Shown here: piece after piece, positions 1-14,636 of the stretch
How positions within the stretch are numbered: position 1 is the stretch's first letter
How the letters are laid out: every line of letters begins with the position of its first letter
Source of the DNA: Owenia fusiformis
Taxonomy: Eukaryota
Length of the DNA: 64,000 bases
Reading direction: 5' to 3'
Assembly (NCBI GenBank): GCA_903813345.2
Contig: CAIIXF020000001.1
Coordinates: forward strand, 46,996,001-47,060,000
Translations under genes and position numbers: made by a program
Notes under the pieces: generated by a model
What the model was told of the DNA's origin: nothing
What the model saw: the letters and a program-made list of their open reading frames with translations, nothing else
Database searches by the model: none

Positions 1-452
1 GCCAACGTTGGGCCACCCACCTATCTGTTCCCTCTGCAAGGCCAACGTTGGGCCAACATTGCCATTAGCACTAAAGCACTGTCGAGCCAACATTGGACCA
101 ACGTTGGGCCAACATAATTTTTTGCCAACATTGGACCAACGTTGGGCCAACATAATTGTTTGCCACTGTTGGACCAACGTTGGCCCGCTGGACAAAATGA
201 CGTTGGGTCAACCGCTCAAGCCGACGTTGGGCCAACAGATGCGTAGTTGTTGGCCCGAAGTTGGCCCACTGGCGGTGTGCTATCTGTGCCAACATTGGAC
301 CAACGTTGGGCCAATATAATTTTTTGCCACTGTTGGACCAACGTTGGCCCGCTGGACAAAATGACGTTGGGTCAACCGCTCAAGCCGACGTTGGGCCAAC
401 AGATGCGTAGTTGTTGGCCCAACGTTGGCCCATTGGCGATGTGCTATCTGGG
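1..452. repeat. Palindrome-rich (TTGGCCCAACGTTGGGCCAA) end of a CACTA/EnSpm-like non-autonomous element, with a ~164-bp tandem duplication
   Basis: Repeated palindromic motif; 124-287 is nearly identical to 288-452; ends in GTGCTATCTGGG (441-452), the same terminus as the element at 812-1561. Confidence 0.65.
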
Positions 453-811
453 ACCTATCGATCAGTGCAAAATTGCAGTTGGCAAATTGTAGTTGGGCCA
501 ACGTTGGCCCGTTGTTGGCTGCCGCTAATACCAGGAAGCCACCTATCGATAAATCATTGCAAATGCTTAAAAATAGAAGAAAACATACCAGCTGTCATTA
601 AAAAAAATTAAGGTAAATTTTTGTAATATTTTCTTTCAAAATTATCTGATAATGTTGTTCACCTCAAAAATATGGATTTTCGCCTTGTAATACAGTTGAA
701 ACCACTTATAAGGCTACCAAATATATTTAGTATGGAAAAATAAGCCACCATATTTTATTGATGAAAAACGGATATAATTTGTGAACACATTCACAGTAGC
801 AGTACTGAATG

Positions 812-1561
812 CCTAGATAGCACAAAGACGTTGGGTCAACGTCGCTATCGGTGACCATTGGTTCTCAAGGTTGCAGTTGGCAAATTATTCATGTGGCCTG
901 TCGTTGGCTGCCCAGGGAGCCAACAATGGCTGTATAAAAAAGTAAATCGTGTCAACAGTGGGCCAACGTTGGTTCTGTGGTGGCTGCCAATGTTGGACCA
1001 ACGTTGGCTGACGTGGTTAGCCCACCGTCGCTATGTCCATTGGCCCAACGTTGGCCCACCGAAAGAAAATATGGTTGGCCCAACAATGGACCAACGTAGC
1101 TTGAAATCGTGTCGGACCAACGTTGGGCCAATGGACATAGCGACGGTGGACCAACGTTGGACCGATGGACATAGCGACGGTGGGCCAACCACAACAGCCA
1201 ACGTTGGACCAACATATACGTAATCGTTGGGCCAAAGTTGGCCCAACTGTTGACCAACGTTGGGCCAACCAGTTTTGACCGCCAATGCGCCAACATCCCT
1301 CTTAACATTGTCGGACCAACTGTTGACCAACGTCGGGCCAACCAGTCTTCTTACTATTAGTGGGCCAACTATGGGCCAACGTAGCTTGAAATCGTGTTGG
1401 GCCAACAATGGACCAACGTTGGGCCAATGAACATAGCGACGGTGGACCAACGTTGGACCGATGGACATAGCGACGGTGGGCCAACCACGACAGCCAACGT
1501 TGGGCCAACAGATACGTAGTTGTTGGGCCAACGTTGGCCCATCAGAGTTGTGCTATCTGGG
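812..1561. mobile_element. Non-autonomous TIR element (CACTA/EnSpm-like, CCCAG-type ends)
   Basis: TIR CCTAGATAGCAC (812) / GTGCTATCTGGG (1550-1561); interior filled with TTGGNCCAACGTTGGNCCAA palindromes; no clear TSD. Confidence 0.65.
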
Positions 1562-1596
1562 AAGTATTTATCATTGTAAGTTCAACCGTCGAAGTC

Positions 1597-2268
1597 ATGA
1601 CACATAGCCTGGTGCCCTTTAATTCGCCTACCTCTATCGCCATGATAGGAGCGTCTCAATCGGGGAAAACTAACATGTGTTTCAAAATTCTAAAACATAG
1701 AGATGCCTTGTTTCAAAATAGTTCGAATTCACCTTCCAAAATATTGTTTTGTTACGCAACTTGGCAATCCGTGTACCGCGATATGGAGCTACAATTTAAA
1801 GATGAAATCATATTTCACGAAGGACTAGTCGACGAGGAAGAGATCTTAAATTTTACGAAAGATATATCGATACCAACATTTCTAGTTCTAGATGATTTAA
1901 TGGCTAGCGTATGTCAAAGTAGAGAGGCTGCCAAAATATTCACGCAATTATGTCATCATAGAAATATGAATGTCCTTTTTCTAACACAAAACGCCTTGTG
2001 TCAGGGTCCTAGCGCTAGAAATATTTCATTAAATACGCAGTATTTCATCATTTTCAAGGCAAATCGTGATAAAAGACAACTAAAGTGTTTGGCTGGTCAG
2101 ATATATCCGGATAAAACGAAATATTTCATGGACAGCTATTTGGACGCCACTTCGGAAAGGTACGGTTACATAGTCGTGGATATGTCGCCAGATGGCGTTG
2201 ATGAATATAGATTACGCACACGTATATTTCCGAATGAAGATCCTATCATTTATAAACCCAAAAGTTAA
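1597..2268 (+). CDS. A32/FtsK-like DNA-packaging ATPase of Polinton type
   Basis: Walker A GASQSGKT, Walker B FLVLDD, followed by FTQLCHHRNMNVLFLTQN and ARNISLN motifs typical of Polinton ATPases; intronless; ATG at 1597. Confidence 0.9.
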   Translation: MTHSLVPFNSPTSIAMIGASQSGKTNMCFKILKHRDALFQNSSNSPSKILFCYATWQSVYRDMELQFKDEIIFHEGLVDEEEILNFTKDISIPTFLVLDDLMASVCQSREAAKIFTQLCHHRNMNVLFLTQNALCQGPSARNISLNTQYFIIFKANRDKRQLKCLAGQIYPDKTKYFMDSYLDATSERYGYIVVDMSPDGVDEYRLRTRIFPNEDPIIYKPKS

Positions 2269-2327
2269 TTGAACGCGTCAGTATAGATCCAGACGGTTAC
2301 CGGACAACATATAAAAGACATGTCACG

Positions 2328-2651
2328 ATGTCAGCACTTATTAAAAGGAATAAAAACTTCCTAAAATTCCTTTTGACTAGTACTTTGCAGCAAATGAAAG
2401 TTTTATTGAATACAATTACTGAAACGCAACTTCGAGTTCTAGGTGAAATAGCTCTTAACGTACTTCACGGTAGTCTCCCTATCGCGAATTTTTATAAACA
2501 AAAATTGAAACGACATAAAAGAGTTTTACAACACATCGCGACCAAATCAAAAAGCAAGAAGTTTAGAAAGGACTTGATCAAACGTAATACATCAGTTTTG
2601 GGTCTATTGATTAAATCCGTTCATAATTTTATCCAAAAATTGCAGCTATGA
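2328..2651 (+). CDS. Small basic helical Polinton-associated protein (107 aa)
   Basis: EIALNVLHGSLP...KLKRHK..L pattern resembles a conserved small Polinton protein; TATA-like CATATAAAA ~15 bp upstream; stop overlaps the next ATG (ATGA). Confidence 0.7.
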   Translation: MSALIKRNKNFLKFLLTSTLQQMKVLLNTITETQLRVLGEIALNVLHGSLPIANFYKQKLKRHKRVLQHIATKSKSKKFRKDLIKRNTSVLGLLIKSVHNFIQKLQL

Positions 2652-3091
2652 TCAAATCTGTTTTGATACCTTATGATAAATATATCAGACTCGAAAATTC
2701 CACGCGTAAAACTGAGGAGGGTAATAACAAAACCATAGATCAGTCGCCAACTAATACTGATAAAATGGATGGTGGAATAGGTACACGTAAACCTAGTCAA
2801 ACGAAGCAAGTTGATTCCGGGAGTAATGATGCATCTACGTTTTCCTCGGAAAATAAATTGGATGCCCCATCCGATAGCGACTTTAAGGAAGGTACCTCAA
2901 GTAAACAAAATCATGACGCGGGGCTATCAACCAGTGATGATGATGATGATGCAATAGGGATGCCTAGCTATACCGATAATACACCTAGGTTCATTTACAA
3001 AAGAAGCGCCACATCGTACAAAGTACCGGGTATTCCGGCCAAAGCTCTTAAGAGACCACGTAAAAACAAAGCAAAATGGCTGCCATTTTAA
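2648..3091 (+). CDS. Polinton-associated low-complexity protein (147 aa)
   Basis: ATGA overlap with the previous ORF; N-terminal KSVLIPYDKY, acidic middle, basic NLS-like C-terminus KRPRKNKAKWLPF. Confidence 0.65.
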   Translation: MIKSVLIPYDKYIRLENSTRKTEEGNNKTIDQSPTNTDKMDGGIGTRKPSQTKQVDSGSNDASTFSSENKLDAPSDSDFKEGTSSKQNHDAGLSTSDDDDDAIGMPSYTDNTPRFIYKRSATSYKVPGIPAKALKRPRKNKAKWLPF

Positions 3092-3983
3092 ACACTCTAT
3101 TAGGACATATTTGAATACAATGATATGAATATCACCCCTGTAGGCGTAAACTTGTTTGTTGGACTAAATACAGACTTTGCCTACTTAATTATAGCTGTCT
3201 TATTTACCATTGTATTTAATTAGACCGATATAAATCAATTAAACTCATGTAATTCATGTGATCTTCCCAAGTTACTTGGTTCACTTCGTATTTTTGTTTT
3301 AATTGAGGAATCGCTAAATAGTATTGAAATATAGGAAAGGTATTTAAAAAAAGATTTTAGGAAATCTGCATATTTATTCAAGACCAGAATTTATTCTATT
3401 TGACGTTTTTTTTTTAAAAATTCTGCATGTAATTTTCAAAAAAAAAACATAGTTGTCTTAAAGTTTTCTTAAAGAGGTTGATTTAAATCCTCATTGATGC
3501 GGTGTTCAAAAAGCCTCAAATGCTAATTTACTCAATCGCGGTTCGCAATTTCAATGCTAAATCGCAATACACGTGTAAACAATATCATATGATTACATTC
3601 CAACGGTGTTTAATGTTAAACAATTATTGAATATGTATACTCGATAAATGTTATATATTTATATCAATGTTGTGATATCCAACTACCACTAGATGTCAGC
3701 ATCGTACAGAGTATTTTAATATTTGAAGATGTCACCCTAATCGAATATACACGTGTTTCTAAGTAGATGACATTGCAACTTTGTGTGTAGGTCTGTAATT
3801 AATGATTTTGTACAAATGTTGAAACTTTGGAATTAATAAACTTACATCGAATGTTTCACTAAGTTTTAAACAATTAAAGAACAATAAACAAACAAATTAA
3901 GGGATTTTCTGATCTACAAGATCTTGTAGTTTAATACATTCTTATTTATTTGTCGTATATCTTTTGTACACATTGTATGAATT

Positions 3984-4365
3984 TTATATGGCTATCATAG
4001 GCTCCCTTTGTCTTTCATCCTTAACCATCGGTAATTTGGACCTCGTTAACATTCTAAGCCATAACACATTACCTAAAAATGATATAGCATTAGTTACCAC
4101 TATTAAATATAAACCAAACATTACGTTGTGTTAAAGTTTGTCAAAAATCGCGTAACTCACCTATGATAACAAAAGTTAAAACACCTCCGGTAAAGCTTAA
4201 GGCCATTGGAGTCTCTAGATTTACATCGTAACTACTACTAATATATGGTTTCAGTACGTAATAAGGTGTTACGTTTTCAGTTTCATTAAAGTGTCGAGTA
4301 ACATTGATGTTTTGACAAATGCAGCATGTTCCAATAACGCTCAAAACTAATAATCGACCTATCAT
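3984..4365 (-). CDS. Two-exon small type-I membrane glycoprotein (97 aa) inside the Polinton
   Basis: Exons 4365-4161 and 4072-3984; 88-bp intron GTGAGT...TTTTTAG; signal-peptide-like N-terminus; 3 sequons (NVT, NET, NVT); splicing completes the TM helix followed by a basic tail; AATAAA at 3945-3950 (-). Confidence 0.7.
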
Positions 4366-4453
4366 GTTCAAAAACCTAAGTATGAATGACTATATTACTT
4401 ACATTGACGTATATATGTCTTTATTTCTACTGTGTGATACATCGTATTTAACT

Positions 4454-5177
4454 CTAGTTACTGAAATCCACGGGGTCGAAATAACTGCATTCACTACAAC
4501 TATCAGCTTCACTTTTTTCTGCGTGACCCGTTATTACACAATGAGGTTCGGTTGGTTGAACAAGCCCGTATTTAATAAGGCTGTCCACAAATAGCTCAAA
4601 CACCGCACGGGTCATAACGATACCGTTTCTATCGGGCAAATGTTTCCGTGGATCATCGGAGTATGTATTGAGATGATAACCTTTTTAAAATACAAAAAAA
4701 ATACGACATGTAACCACAATATGAATGACAGTTTAAATTGTATATTCGATGTTCTATGATCAGTAACAAATCATTTAAAACCTTACCCCGAATATTAACT
4801 CTTCTAAATTTAGGATGAACGCTGAGTCGAAACTGAGCCCCCAATACAACGTCCCACTCTTTGACATCAACCTTTTTCTTTGATTCAATTTCCATGAATT
4901 TTTCAGTGACGTGTGGTAAATTGTCGATAAGTCGCGCCATTTGATTATGGGTTAGAAATACACCAGCGCACGTTCCGTAGGCATTACATACGTTTGTGAT
5001 CCCCGTGATTGGCCATATTTGGTAATTTCTGATGTCAACTCCATTGTCGTTGACGGCGCTGAACATTCCGTCGCATATCTTCATTAAAACAATTTTTGGT
5101 GTCGAAATTGTTTCAATAAATTCCCCATTTTTTATTGTTTTAATATTAGATGGTACTTGAAATTTTCCAATCGGCAT
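4454..5177 (-). CDS. Two-exon tandem PC4-like ssDNA-binding protein with C-terminal C/H/CxxC Zn motif (205 aa)
   Basis: Exons 5177-4787 and 4680-4454, joined in frame by a 106-bp GTAAGG...AAAG intron; two PC4-like motifs VDIRNY..GVFLT and VNIRGY..PDRNGIVMT; C-terminal C..H..CSEC; TATATAAAA upstream at ~5226-5234 (-). Confidence 0.75.
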
Positions 5178-5791
5178 CTTTGGTGATTAAGTATTTAACG
5201 TTATGAAAACTAAATGAACTTATCTTTTTATATACCCTTTGACTAGTGGCTGTTTCCGGTACGTACTATAATTAACGAGACGAACTTATTGTTTAAGTCA
5301 CGCCCCACGTGCCACAACATGTAAGAAATCACTCGAGCCTGTACCGGCGGGTACGGTCTTACCTATTATCGATTACCAGTCAACGACTGACGCGTTTTTA
5401 TTAATTTTACTTCACCGGCTGTCAATATTCCGTATCAAATTATCAGAACCTGTACCGACGGTTCAGGCTTTCAAGGTTAAACGGGACGCGTACTGGTTTA
5501 TCGATTTATTGTTTTTGGCGGGAATTCGAATAGTATCCCTTACAGTAAACGTACAGACGTGGGGGTAGGGCGTCCGTTACCCTTAGGGCCCGAGATTCCC
5601 GAAATATGTACACGCCACCACGCCGAGGGGGGAGGGGTGGGGTCCCCGTATGTGCCTCCCGAGCTCAGGGAGGCTCACAGATGTCCCTCCCCATTGGAGC
5701 CCATGTTAGGGAGGGTATTATGAAAAATCGTGTCCCTCCCCATAGGACTCCATGTTATAGGTGCGTCAGAACTCTCGTTTCTGTAACTACT

Positions 5792-8180
<2,389 letters not shown>

Positions 8181-10118
8181 TAATAAATAATTCCTCTACT
8201 TACCACAATACATTAGTCACAATCCCAACAAGCAAAATATACATGAGAGATATGTTATCAAATTCAATACTGTCTGTAGCACCTCGAAAGACAGTCCGCC
8301 GTGTTTTCTATTTCAATACACACATCTTGCTGGTACGATATCTGAGATATTGTCCTATTTTTAACTGTTATATAGAGAATCATGATATCAACTTTGACAA
8401 CCTATGTAGTAGTTTAAAGTAGGCTGCTTCATAATAGTCTATCAGGTGTCGAAATGGTTGCCAATCCTGGAAAATTTTGTAGAAAAACCTCTAAAATCTA
8501 CAAATATGTGCATTAAATTACAATTGCGCCATGCACGATATGCTTGTCTTGCAAGAATAGGGCATCAGTCTGTATTAAGGAGGTAATGTTTGGGAAATAT
8601 GGAATAATTGGGCTCATAGTGATTGGTGGTACCAAGGAAAATATTCTGCAGCTACACAGGCCCGTAACCAGGATTTGCCAGGGGAGGTTCACTTTTTGAA
8701 AAATTCCAGGCTGGTTTAATCCTGAAAACTGCATGATTTTGAAAGATTTTTTGGTCAGGCGGGGGGTCGTTCGAAGCCATCGACCCCGCCCCCTGGCTAC
8801 GGGACTTCGACATGTACATCTTTTGTATCAGTTTACATATGTTTCTATTTTTTATGTATGAGTTACACTACCACGTTCTAGGATAATACATCTTAAAAGA
8901 GATTGATGATTTTTTTAAATTATGTTTCCCTGTATAGTAAGGGAACATGAGGCAAAGCAGCCCTAAAAATTGAATTTTAAGTTGTTCCGTACGGGGTATT
9001 TTCTTATCTATCAAACATCGCGCACTTTGATGTTCCACTTTATTAATGGCTTGTGGTTTACATTTTATACTTGCCAAGTAGACCTTCTGTGATTTTTCAA
9101 CCAAGATTAATCAATTACAAGACTCGTCCGCACACATCTTATCTCAGACGTTTAAACCTTTGACAGATAAAGTATTTTAACCCCTACCATAATTCTAGTT
9201 ATTTGATATGTGTCGGAAGGAAATAAGGTACAAATCAAATGTTAAAATCGTTATATTTAAAAATCATTTATTCTTGTACAATAAGATTTTCCCCAGAGAC
9301 ATGTTAATTTTCAAATAGACTATGTAAAATGTTAATTCAAAACGATATTCTATTGCCGGATTTTTTAGTGATTCTCGTGGGAGGGGTAATTTGCAGAAAA
9401 GAGAATGAAAAGTAGAATTACCTCTTACGTAAGGCGAGGCGCTGCTAGGTTAAAAAAGGGCGGTCGAGAAGGTAGCGGAAATTTCAAATTTCGATTATGT
9501 GACTTTTGAAGAACCAACTTTTTATAGTTCAAAATATATTTCGAATGGCCATTTTGCCCCACATGGCCGTTGTGCCCCATGTTCCCTTACTTTGACTTGT
9601 ATCATTATTGTCATCACTTGGATTCGTTTACGTATGTCCGGGCGCACTAGTAAATGTTCCTTTTCTGTTTTTAATACAATTTGATCTTTCCCTTTTGTAT
9701 GTTTATATACATTAACTTTGAACAAAAGTGTCACTTCAGTTGTTTTGACTACATTACACCACAGCTAAGTATAATTCATATTCGTATATTGTGTTAATGG
9801 CTTAACTAAGAGATTATCTTGAAATATTGCATTTAAACGATCAAAATTTGTAATAATAGTACAAATGCGCTATTTCAACTAAGAAGCATTAGTCCTATTC
9901 ATTAGATAACTTGTAAATGGTATTTAATGTTCTGGTCATTATATACTGCATAATTGGATATCAACGTTACTTTACAGTAACATCAGAATAAATAGTAATC
10001 GCCAGCCAAAATGCATACTTGTTGTAAAAATGCAAGTTTTAATAAGTGATCATGAGCCTTCAGGACTTGGCGTAAAAGAATTCAATCAGATTAAAAACTA
10101 GTGTTATGACATGTTAAA

Positions 10119-12477
10119 ATGACAATGAGCGAGTCAAGCATCTTAGACGAGAACAAGAACAAGGGGGAAAGTCGACTCGCTATCAATCCTTGTATCGATG
10201 ATGTTGAAGATAATCACTCTAATACTGGAATAGAGGAAAATGAAATTATAACATTGAACATCGGAGGAATACGATTTCAGACTTTTGCCAAAACATTACA
10301 ACGTTACCCTAGTACAAAACTTGCACAACTAAACCAACTGGATGCCAGTTACCGCCACAAACAGAACGAATACTTTTTTGATAGAAACCCAAATCCATTT
10401 TGCAGCGTTCTTGATTACTATCGTACTGGGGAGTTGCACTGCCCAGGGGATGGTATATGTGGTTCCGCCTTCAAACTAGAATTAGACTTCTGGGGATTGA
10501 TTGATAACAACATTGAGAAATGCTGCTGGATGGACTATTCCGACAATGCCGATATGAAAGATGTACTGAACGTTCTAGACAAGCGGTTAAAGGAAGACAT
10601 AGCTGTGCCAATTGTTGCTAATAATGCAGGAACATGGTCTAAATTTTGTCATAAAGTATGGCTGGTTATGGAATATCCAGAAACATCAGTTCCAGCAAAG
10701 GTATGATAGCGAATGAAATGTATTTTTCGTATTTTCATCATATAGCGTTGATGGTGCATTTCATGAAACGGGTAGTTTTCAATAATTCCAAATCATTTCA
10801 AATGACGAAATTCGTTTGTCAAAGCTTTATGTTATCTATGCAATTGCAAATAAATTAAAGGTGAAATAGATATAAATTGCTTTATGTAATTAGTTATTTA
10901 TAACTCCTCTTTTAGATGAGAAGTTTCCATACTTTTTTTGTACTTGTGATATTGAGGCAAGTTTCATTGCAAATGTAATAAATGAAATCGACAGATGAAC
11001 AAGCAGATCATGGTTGCAATAATGGCAAAGTTTTTGTTTTTCATTTTAGATCTACACCGTATTGACTGTTACTTTGCTCCTGGCATCATTAATGGTGCTA
11101 GCACTTGGCACATGCAAAGCCTTTTCAAGTCCGCTTACTGCAAGAGACGTTGCAGAATTGTACAAACTACCAGTTGACCAAGTCAATGTATCCGAAGATG
11201 GGTCATTCAGTATTTACTTCGATGATGATTACAATTATAATGACGACTATTATTACCAGTATTACTATTACGACGACGATGCCAATGGTACTTTTCCTGA
11301 TAGACAAGGTAACCCACAACCAACCAATTCAACGATTAAACCTGAAACCAACTTAACTCTGATTTTGAATGCGTCCAATTCAACTAACTCAACTAAAGAT
11401 GATGATTACCAGTACTATTATTATGATGATGCCAATGATACGGTGTCTGTTAACGAATCCAATTCGACAACTCCAGCCAATAAACCAGATCTTGCTGGTA
11501 AAGGTGGCGCGAGAAGAAAAAGAGGAGCAAGTTCAATTGCCAAAAACCCTAAATTAACCAACAATAGTGTATCTTCTGATCAGAATTTAAATATTCAACT
11601 TAACCAACTGAACAAAACCCGACGAAAATTTAAACCCACCAAATCTCCACCAAACAAATTTGACGCAGGAGGACTCCGAAAACCATTAAAAGAATTGTGG
11701 TTAATAGAGGCTGCAGTCTACGCATTTTTTACCGTAGAACTTATCGTGCGACTGATTGTTTGTCCATCCAAAATAATATTTCTGAAAAATCCATTCACAA
11801 TTTGTGACTTTCTCAGTTTAGTTCCATTTTACATACAAGTCATACTCCAGAATATTGAAAAGGAGGAACAGTATAAGATTAGTCCCATCGACATAATGGT
11901 TGTTCTACGTGTTTTAAGACTGGGGCGATTAATCTCTTTAATGCGGAACATTATGGGATTTCGTGTTATGATCTACACACTCAAATCAAGTTGCCGAGAA
12001 ATGTTTCTTTTGCTTGTTGTTCTCTTTTTTGCTGTCTTCAGTTTCGCAACCATGGAGTACTATACCGAGCAGTTAACCAAAGGAGATATCGAAGTTCAAA
12101 TCGATAGCATACCGATAGGTATATGGTGGGCATTGGTTACTATGACAACTGTTGGGTATGGTGACTATTCTCCCAAAACTGGATTTGGACTGTTCATAGG
12201 ATCATTATGCGCACTCAGTGGAATTTTGGTCATTGCATTTACGGTTCCAATTGTTGTAAATAATTTCATGATGTTCTACAAGCATGCAAGTTCCTTACGA
12301 CCAAAACAGCCGGGAGAAGAATACGTAATCTCAGCTAAAAAGACAAATGGTTTAAGTGAGACGGATATCGTTATGTCCAAAAATGAATCCCCAAAGCATA
12401 CACAGACTCCGACTAGGACGTTCGGTTCTATTCGAACGGTACGTAAGATATCAGTGGAAGAGTATACTGAAACGTAG
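10119..12477 (+). CDS. Voltage-gated K+ channel, Shaw/Kv3-like, divergent (669 aa)
   Basis: Exons 10119-10700 and 11050-12477; T1 domain with EYFFDRNP, LHCP..CG and CCW; S1-S6; selectivity filter TVGYGD. Confidence 0.92.
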
Positions 12478-12699
12478 CTTATACGGACATTATACTTGAC
12501 GATTTGATTCGCATCCACATGAATATAAAATTGTTTAGAAACATGTTTCCATAAGAACAGAATGGCAAAATACTAGTAAACGATCTTTATTGAAGATATT
12601 TGTTTACAGATGATCTGTGATTGTTCAATGATTCATCAACCTTTTATTACAAATGAAATAATATTTATTTGAGAAAGGTTTAACGTTCGGCCTGTAATG

Positions 12700-13070
12700 A
12701 ATGAGGCTAGTTAAGTCAATAGTTCACAACCATGAACTTCATCAGTGGAGATTTAACTGCATGTTTTCTGGATCTCTTGTTAGTTTGAGACAAGTAATTA
12801 AAATAGTGAAACCATCAATATGGTGGGTACAGGCTAGAGCTTACCCAAAATGTATTAAACCCTGTACTTTTATGATAAGAATTATGACTGGGACATGTCC
12901 CCTAAATGCGTATGACCATGTTGCTAAATCTAGATTATGTTCTTCATATGTAATGATGCAGATGAAAATGTAGTTCACTTTCTTTTCTCTTGTGAAAGCC
13001 TAGCACAAGAAATGGTCCCTTTTTAGAGTATATTAGAGTTATGAATTACCGTGGTCAAGGTTTTAATGCA
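12700..13070 (+). mobile_element. Degraded 3' fragment of a LINE related to the element at 29754
   Basis: KPSIWW...C..M.R pattern and a frameshifted C..C...E...HFLFSC zinc motif, as in the C-terminus of the 29754 ORF. Confidence 0.55.
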
Positions 13071-14636
13071 ATCATTGTAAATATCCTGAAACAAGGAGAT
13101 ATTACTGCTGCTCTGTATATATACAACCTGTATAATAAAAGATGTAGCTTGCTGTAGATAGTGGTACTTCAACTTTATACCCATCATTTATGGTGGAATA
13201 AAAGAAACATAAACACATAAACATAAACATAATGGGAAGTCTTGTACTTTTGGTGACAACACAGACAATGAAACCTCGTGTTGATGTGTGATGGAGCGAG
13301 GTGGGGGGCTCAAACAAGGCCGTTGTTTTTATCCTTGCAGTTGCATTCTAAACAACCTCGCCCATTTTATACACTCCCTCCATAGGTTTTGCAACGGGGA
13401 GTCCCTTTTTGGATCACTCACTTTATTAATGCCTGTTTATGTTTGGCTTTTAAACATTTGTCACTAATTTCAAAACTATTGGAATTAAGGAACAAAATTA
13501 AGTTTCAAACATTGACAGGCAATCCAATCCAATCCAATCCAATTAAAATTATTAAATCAAATATCCAGTCACACTCGCGTGTTGATTTGAGAGCCTTTTG
13601 AACAGAATACATCTATTTAGAGTAAATATTTATTTATCATAACACTTTCTTGATTGGATGATTGTAATCGGGTATAACACTAAATAACTGTATTTTGTTT
13701 GTTTGCGATATGTGTATGTATTATTTATTTGCGTCTAAAGGCCCCCTCACATATGAACGAATCCACCAAACGCAGCCTGGCGCATGTGGTAAATTAGTCA
13801 TTTCTGGCGAATATTGAGCGAAAATGTTTAAAAATATGTTACATAATAGAAAACATAACGAATAGTAATGTAAGGTAACTATTTGTTGCGAATGTTTTAC
13901 GAAGTGTGACGAATTACTACTTTTCTTCGCTAAGATGCGTTGCGTCTCGCAAACAACCTTTGAAATCCCCTTCAGCGAGTAATAACGCATACATGCGAAA
14001 TAAAGCGTAATTATGCGCATTCTTCCGAATCTGAACAAAGCCTTACGAAGAGCACGAGGCGTCAGCGATTCCCGTCAGCGATTAACAACGCATACATGCG
14101 AACCAAAGCGCAATTGTGCGCATGCTTCCGAATCTAAACGAACCTTTGCGAAAAGTGTAAGGGTCAATTTACTTGACAACACCACACTATCATATATAAA
14201 TCTGAAATTGTTAACCTATATTTTAATGTTTATAACCACTTACCAAAAGTGTTGATATATTATTATAGCCTCCCAATTTTAGTATTGTTGGCTGTGGCCA
14301 TTTTGTGGTCGGTCATCGGTGTTCGGCCAATTCTTACAGCTTTGTAATAACTTGTAATTGGTGTAACTTTGTAATTATTCATTTATTAACCTGTATTTAA
14401 ACAGAGTAGTACAAAACATATAATATACAGTTATGGTGGATCGAAACATATTTACAGTTTAGTGACACCTTGTTAATTACAAGAGATCAGATGCATCTAT
14501 AGTGTGTTTCACTAGTATGTTAATTGCCAGCATATTGGCTGATGAGCTTTGCTCTTTTGATATACATTACATGGATGATGTTCGAAATACCAGCCATGTC
14601 TGAATAAGTGACGTTGCCATTAAAATTAAATATGAT

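Larger units (their letters stand above)
1..5791. mobile_element. Polinton/Maverick (adintovirus-like) element, right arm; the remainder lies upstream of the window
   Basis: Compact viral-type gene cluster (A32-like ATPase, PC4-like gene). GC-rich subterminal region 5555-5790 ends in ACTACT (5786-5791), the reverse complement of the typical AGTAGT Polinton terminus. Host protease coding sequence follows immediately. Left TIR and TSD are not visible. Confidence 0.8.

Noticed and set aside
1..1561. CRISPR-like palindromic repeats, and the many overlapping ORFs here
   Set aside because: Spacers are themselves repeated and irregular, there are no cas genes and the context is eukaryotic. The ORFs are by-products of the repeat.
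4319..4594. Plus-strand 91-aa ORF in the Polinton
   Set aside because: Antisense to two better-supported spliced genes; no motifs
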